The notes beneath the pieces are model-generated. The model was not told the DNA's origin, did not search any database, and saw only the letters and a list, made by a program, of their open reading frames with translations. A stretch of DNA of 58,724 nucleotides, counting the filler, from Bipalium vagum (taxonomy: Eukaryota), in NCBI GenBank assembly GCA_037834085.1. It is 3 parts of 3 records of this genome, joined end to end, with 100 filler letters (N's around TTAATTAATTAA, not from the genome) between each part and the next. Parts side by side here need not be neighbours in the genome. Positions count along the whole stretch, not along the records: positions 40,666 to 58,724 come from JBBMKC010042483.1; 2 more parts are not named here. The stretch is one strand, 5' to 3'. The position numbers and the translations under genes are program-made. Positions 53,394 through 58,724 of this stretch are shown here, in pieces (within the stretch, counting starts at the first letter, position 1; each line of letters opens with the position of its first letter).

Positions 53394-54288
53394 AAATGTT
53401 AACAAAATCTAATTCAGGTTATAAATTAAATTTTCCGATTTTCATTATTGCCCCTATATAAAGATGTATAATTGTCTACACATCCGATATAGCAATATTA
53501 TCACTTTCTAATACAATTAAATCAAATACAGAAATTCCTTAAAACCTGATCATTATTCGTCGGAAATATAACTCAATCTCTTTTATAAAACCATTAAAAA
53601 AGAGTTTGTGTGAAATAGAAATGCGAAATGTCTAAAAGGAATTGTGAGAAAATTCTTAAAAATCGTCGCTGTTGATTCTACAATCAAATGATAATGAAAT
53701 AAAAAGCTCCGAACAATACCAATAGTATATAATAAAAGATGTTGATAAAAGATTGTAAAGATGCAATGGTAGGAAGTTCCGAAAGGAAAAGAAGATATGT
53801 ATAATTTTATACAGAGGAATTACGTTCATAAAATTACAAAAAGGAAATGTTTCAAGTACGACCAGAATGAAGAGTGGAGACGACTGATTCACTTTTGACT
53901 CAAATTATCATGACAGTTGAAAATGCTATGTACGCCAACAAATCAAGGTGAATTTATAATCCTTGCTAATACAATATAAGTAAAGTTATACAAAAACAAA
54001 CTAGGAATACATTTAGGAATTGTCTCCATTTGCTTCAACACAGAATCCAGGGAGTTGGAGAAAATTACCAAGTATGACCGAGAATCGGCCTTTTGTAACA
54101 TCAATACATCTACGAGTCAGAGCCATGTCGATCAAATTATTATGTCAGGTTTCTGACCTCTTGTTCTAACCCTTTAATCAATTGGATAAAAGCTGCTTTG
54201 ATTTTTTGAAAATAAGTTTTTTAATAATTTCAATTTTATAATACTTTATTAATAATATAGCATTAAAAATGAAGAGTTAATTATTTAT

Positions 54289-54609
54289 TTATGATAATCT
54301 TAGATGAGTTACATCGTCGAATTCTTCTTTATGTTCAAAAAACATTATTAATTCAACTCTAGGATTTCTAATCAAGGAATATCTCTTTCTAATTATATCT
54401 ACCATAGAATCACAACCCGTATATTGATAATATATAATTAAATTTTCAACTCCCTCATTTATACTGTTCCAATATGTTCCATCAGTTTTTAATGCAGTTG
54501 CAGGATCCAAGTGCTCAACTTTAAAGTTTTCTTCTTCAGCCGACAATATCTTTTTAAAATCTTTCATTTTATCGTTGACACTGTTCCAGCGTGTCGAGAT
54601 ACTACTCAT
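54289..54609 (-). mobile_element. Internally deleted piggyBac transposase remnant
   Basis: KTDGTYW followed by LIIYYQYTGCDSMVDIIRKRYSLIRNPRVELIMFF (compare II..YN.TK.GVD..D....YS..R...RW...FF). Confidence 0.55.
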
Positions 54610-55695
54610 AAATCAATATATTTTTTCAACATTATAAAATTTTTATTAAAGAAGTTTATATTTATGAAACAATCTTTTATAATTAAATTACAGACATGCA
54701 ACGAACATCTTTAAGGCATAACAGGTTGTCTTAATCGAAATACAAGACCTGTGACTGCAACCATGTTTGGTGCATTATAACCTGAACAATTAAAATTCTT
54801 AAACTGTCTAGGAATGTTAATTCCTGGATTACTAATCTGCAAATATTTCCTTTTTAAGCAAAATTAATCAAATATTTTAATTTTAATCTTGTGAACATAT
54901 CAATTTATTTTTCAAGTGGGCGCATTCATCAATTAACAACATTTCTTTAAAAATTTATTATCATGAAACACTCGAAAAATATTTTATTTTAAATTTTTCA
55001 TCTTAACTCTTAAATAAATATATTTACAGTTTTAAGTAAATAGATTGATTATATTTATCATTTTGCAAAGTAATTTTTCTCCGTATTTGCACGTGGTCTA
55101 TTTAATAAAATTAAAACAAGAGAAATAATTGATTAAAATGTAATTATTGATCTTAAAAAATATTTTTTTTATGTTTACGTAGAAATATTTTCACTTAAGA
55201 TCAATCTAATGTATTCAGAGAATGATTTCAGATCAATACCATACATATAGAAATTAATGTTCTATTAAGAATGAAAGAAATATTTAATCAATACAATGTT
55301 AAGAATTTTGTAAGAGATTAAAATTAAAATTTTTAAATATCAGAAAAATAAAAATCTTTTAATATTGATTGGTAACCCTTCACTTCAGTGTCCTAAAATA
55401 TTTTAAACTATAAAACAGTTTGGCACATCTTAGGATTTGTTCACGCCGCACCTTCATGAATTGGTTTCGTGAACGGCATAAGAACCAGTTTGACGTTTTC
55501 TGTCCTTATTTACTCTTACAGTCTTACTCTCCAGTAAAAGCTTTGAGATTTATATTCTTATTTTAGTCTTATTTTACATCGGTTAACTGATTTTTGTTGT
55601 ATTTATTACAATTAACTCACCATATGTGGCTGTCAAAACAAATTTTCAAACAATAATGAAATGATAATTATTAATAAATACAATAATCAACTTAC

Positions 55696-56402
55696 AACGT
55701 GTGAGTTTTTGATATCATGAAGGGGATTTACCTTCGTGTTTGAATCAAATGTTATAAATGGTTCAGTCTTTACTTCTGAGAGGTTATTACAAACGGGTTT
55801 ACCCGCTGGTACAGAAAGAGATAAGTCTTTTCGATAATTAGACATATTTACATAATCATTTATAGATTGGTTTTGATGCTGAAATTTGTTACCATTAATA
55901 GGGGTAGATAAAGAAACGTGATTGCACCAATTCAATACTTCTGGTATCCGAACTCTTTTGTCTGGAATAATAAAGGCACTTTGATTATTGCTCGACAGAG
56001 AGTTCGCTGTCAAAGAAGAATTGTTCGTATAATTGTGGTGTTGATGATGAGAATACATTGATGAATTGTTTATTGGAGATGGTATAGGAGGTGGTAATGA
56101 TGCAGAAGAATTTAAATGATTATTTACATAACGATCTTGGGCCAGGGTCGATGGCATATAGTATAATTTATTATTATAACAATCAGATGCTACAGTAAAC
56201 ATTGGTTTGTTGTATGAGCGGGATTGAAACAAGGTATTATAGTTACTGAAAGAATTCATTGAGAGATTGAATTGATTTGGAATGGTATTATTGTTATGAA
56301 GAGTTTCAAATAATTTTTCACCATTATCCAAAGGCCTTCCAATTTGACTGGATGAATTAAATCTTCCTCGACTCCCTCCTCTCATACGATTTTCTCTCAA
56401 AG
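55696..56402 (-). CDS. NR5A/FTZ-F1-like nuclear receptor exon (C-terminal extension box + N/S-rich hinge); DBD exons not seen, presumably beyond window end
   Basis: tttcag acceptor in phase 1 within Ala of A|LRENRMRGGSRGRF (FTZ-F1 box AVRADRMRGGRNKF; same intron position as NR5A1); donor gtaagt. Confidence 0.8.
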
Positions 56403-57114
56403 CTGAAATGGAAATGCGCTACAAATGTATATTTTCAATAAAGGATAATATAAAGCTGAAAATAATCATGTTTTTTAGACCTAATCAAATCAAGCATTAC
56501 TTTATGAAAATAAAAGTACATATTTATAACAAGAATAACGTAATATCTGGATAGCAATAAAAAAATTTATTTCATGAAATTTAAATAAAAAATTATCAAA
56601 TTAAAATTATAAAAAGAATTATTGGCTTAAATTAATTTAATTCCAAATATATTTCCCTTTAATATAACTGGTTCAATTAATTTTAATCATTTAATTATTA
56701 ATCATTCTGGCTTAATTAGTTACTCAAAACCTTAACACAGCTGACATTAGCGAACCTTTACATTAACGAAAATTAAAGATATTTATGAATGAGGAAAATA
56801 TAATTCTTATGGTTCTGGATCTATTGGGACTATAATTTTGAATAGGATAAAAAATTACTTTTTTATCCCTTTTTGTGACATATTTTCTTTATTAAAACAA
56901 CTTTTACCTCATAAAGTATAAAAAATGATATTAAAAAATTACTGCTGAATTAGAATTATAAGACCTTTCTTTCATTTCACAAAATAGATAATTTATAAGT
57001 AAAAAAAATTTCCATTGATTAAAACAACAATTACTGTGCAACATTATAAAAATAATCAGGTCTTTTAAATGTAAAACCTTTAACTTATACTTCGACAAAA
57101 CTCAGTGTTTTATA

Positions 57115-58050
57115 TTAGGTTGAAGCATAAGCTCGTTCGCTTTTTTAAATGAGTTTTTTGTCCCAATTCTGGTAGTATTTACCAAAGTGCTATGAATGTT
57201 TTGAAATTATCAATTGTATATAATTTTGTTTTACTGAACCAATTTAAAATATTTACTTTACTGATATTTTAAATTGAACTATGGAATTTATTGATAAAGA
57301 TGTACATTACCGACATCTGAAGCTTTTTGCCTATAATCGTGATTGTAAAGCTGCCCAAGCAGCTCCCGAAATTCATGATGTATATGGAAGAAATGTCATA
57401 AGTGTGCTGACAGCTCAGAAATTGTTTGGAAAATTTAAGAGTGATAAATTCTCACTACAAGACGAAATACATTCTGGGCGACCTACTGACTTTGACGAGG
57501 AGTATTTACAGGCACTTTTAAAAGACAATGGATGAAAAAGCACACGTGAGTGTGCCATTAAAATGAAATGCGGTCAAATGACAATCTGTCTTCACTTAAA
57601 ATCAATGGGCAAAGTTCTAAAGATTGGTTTGGATACCGCATGAGTTGTCCGAAAACAAAACACATCAACGCTTCACAATTGCTGCAGATTTGCTTTCGCG
57701 GCATAGAGCCACTACTGGTCCCAATTCAAGATTTCTCCATTTCATTGCACTGGAGAAGAGAAGTGGTGTCTATATGTAAATCACCAAAAAGGAAACAATA
57801 GATAGTCAAGTTAAGAAGGATCTCAATATTTATAAGTAAATGATCAGTTTGTGATGAGACTTAAAGGGTCTTATTTATTTTGAAATGCTACCACATAATC
57901 GCACAATCAATCAGCAAGTCTAAGTATACCAATTGATCGCCAAAAACCAGTAATTTTGCAGCACGACAATACCCGGTCACACACATTACAACTCCCAAAG
58001 ACGGTCATCCAGGAACTCAGTTGGTAGGTTTTGGCTCTTGGTTTACAATG
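57115..58050 (+). mobile_element. Degenerate mariner transposon
   Basis: TA|TTAGGTTG TIR. HYRHLKLFAY...FKSDKFSLQDEIHSGRP, VWIPHEL, TGEEKWCLYVN, LQHDNTRSH. Confidence 0.88.
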
Positions 58051-58152
58051 GATTGTTTGGCGTCAAATATTTTATACGTTGAAGATGCCTATCCACTATG
58101 ACTGGTTTTGAAGATATATGATAAAAAGGTAAATAATTATAATAACATTATA

Positions 58153-58724
58153 TTAGGTTGGTGCAAAAGTAATGCAATTTTTAAAGTATACAAAATTTAT
58201 TCATAAAATTAAACGATAACTGTTCAATCAAAAACATAGTCACCACCAGCATTGATAACGGCTTGCCATCTTTTACGAAGCTGACGGATTCCATTGTCAA
58301 AGAACTCAGACTTCTTTGATCCAAAATAGTCGACCACCCAATTTTCGACCTCAATTTGATTTTTAAACTTTTTCTCCAAGATAAATTGTTTTATGGAACG
58401 AAATAAATAATAATCTGATGGGGCCAGGTCAGGGCTGTAATGCGGGTGAGGAAGAAGGTTCCACCCAAATTCTTCAATTTTCTGATGGACATGTGGTCTT
58501 GCATTATCATGCAGAAATCTTATGGTGGTAGAATCGATCCCTTTGTTTTGTCGAACTTGTTCACAATAAACATTGGCATTAATTGTTTGGCCTTGTTTGC
58601 GAACTTCAAAATGGACCAATCCTCGAGAATTCCACCATAAACAGAGCAACATCTTTTGTCCATGAATTGGAGCTTTGGGGACTGTTACTGGATTCTGATT
58701 TACGCTCAACCATTGTCTTTTGTT
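58153..58724 (-). mobile_element. Mariner transposon, 3' half (runs off window)
   Basis: ORF 58224-58709 with KMLLCLWWN, LHDNARPH, YSPDLAPSDYYLF, LRKRWQAVINAGGDY; TIR TTAGGTTGGTGCAAAAGTAAT with TA. Confidence 0.93.

Overview
Very AT-rich eukaryotic genomic DNA with 44-95 bp short introns and a heavy Tc1/mariner load. This is consistent with a planarian-like flatworm (inference). Two artificial 100-bp spacers (N44-TTAATTAATTAA-N44) split the window into three contigs. The + strand carries 11 phase-consistent exons (2722-20892) from the 3' half of a Fat-like cadherin: cadherin repeats, 2 EGF, one LamG, 4 EGF, TM and cytoplasmic tail. The - strand carries post-DBD exons of a divergent NR5A/FTZ-F1-like nuclear receptor (56402-50716, with candidate LBD exons further down). 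Introns and intergenic DNA hold about a dozen mariner relics, a full-length maT/DD37D element, and pogo/Tc2, rosa-like, Merlin, piggyBac and hAT relics, plus MITEs and a probable Polinton remnant. The most interesting item is a 267-bp non-autonomous LTR retroelement (TRIM) at 34859-35125 whose LTR contains a tRNA-Ala-derived Pol III promoter. It has a tRNA primer-binding site, a polypurine tract and a 5-bp TSD, and a diverged second copy lies at about 43735-43890.
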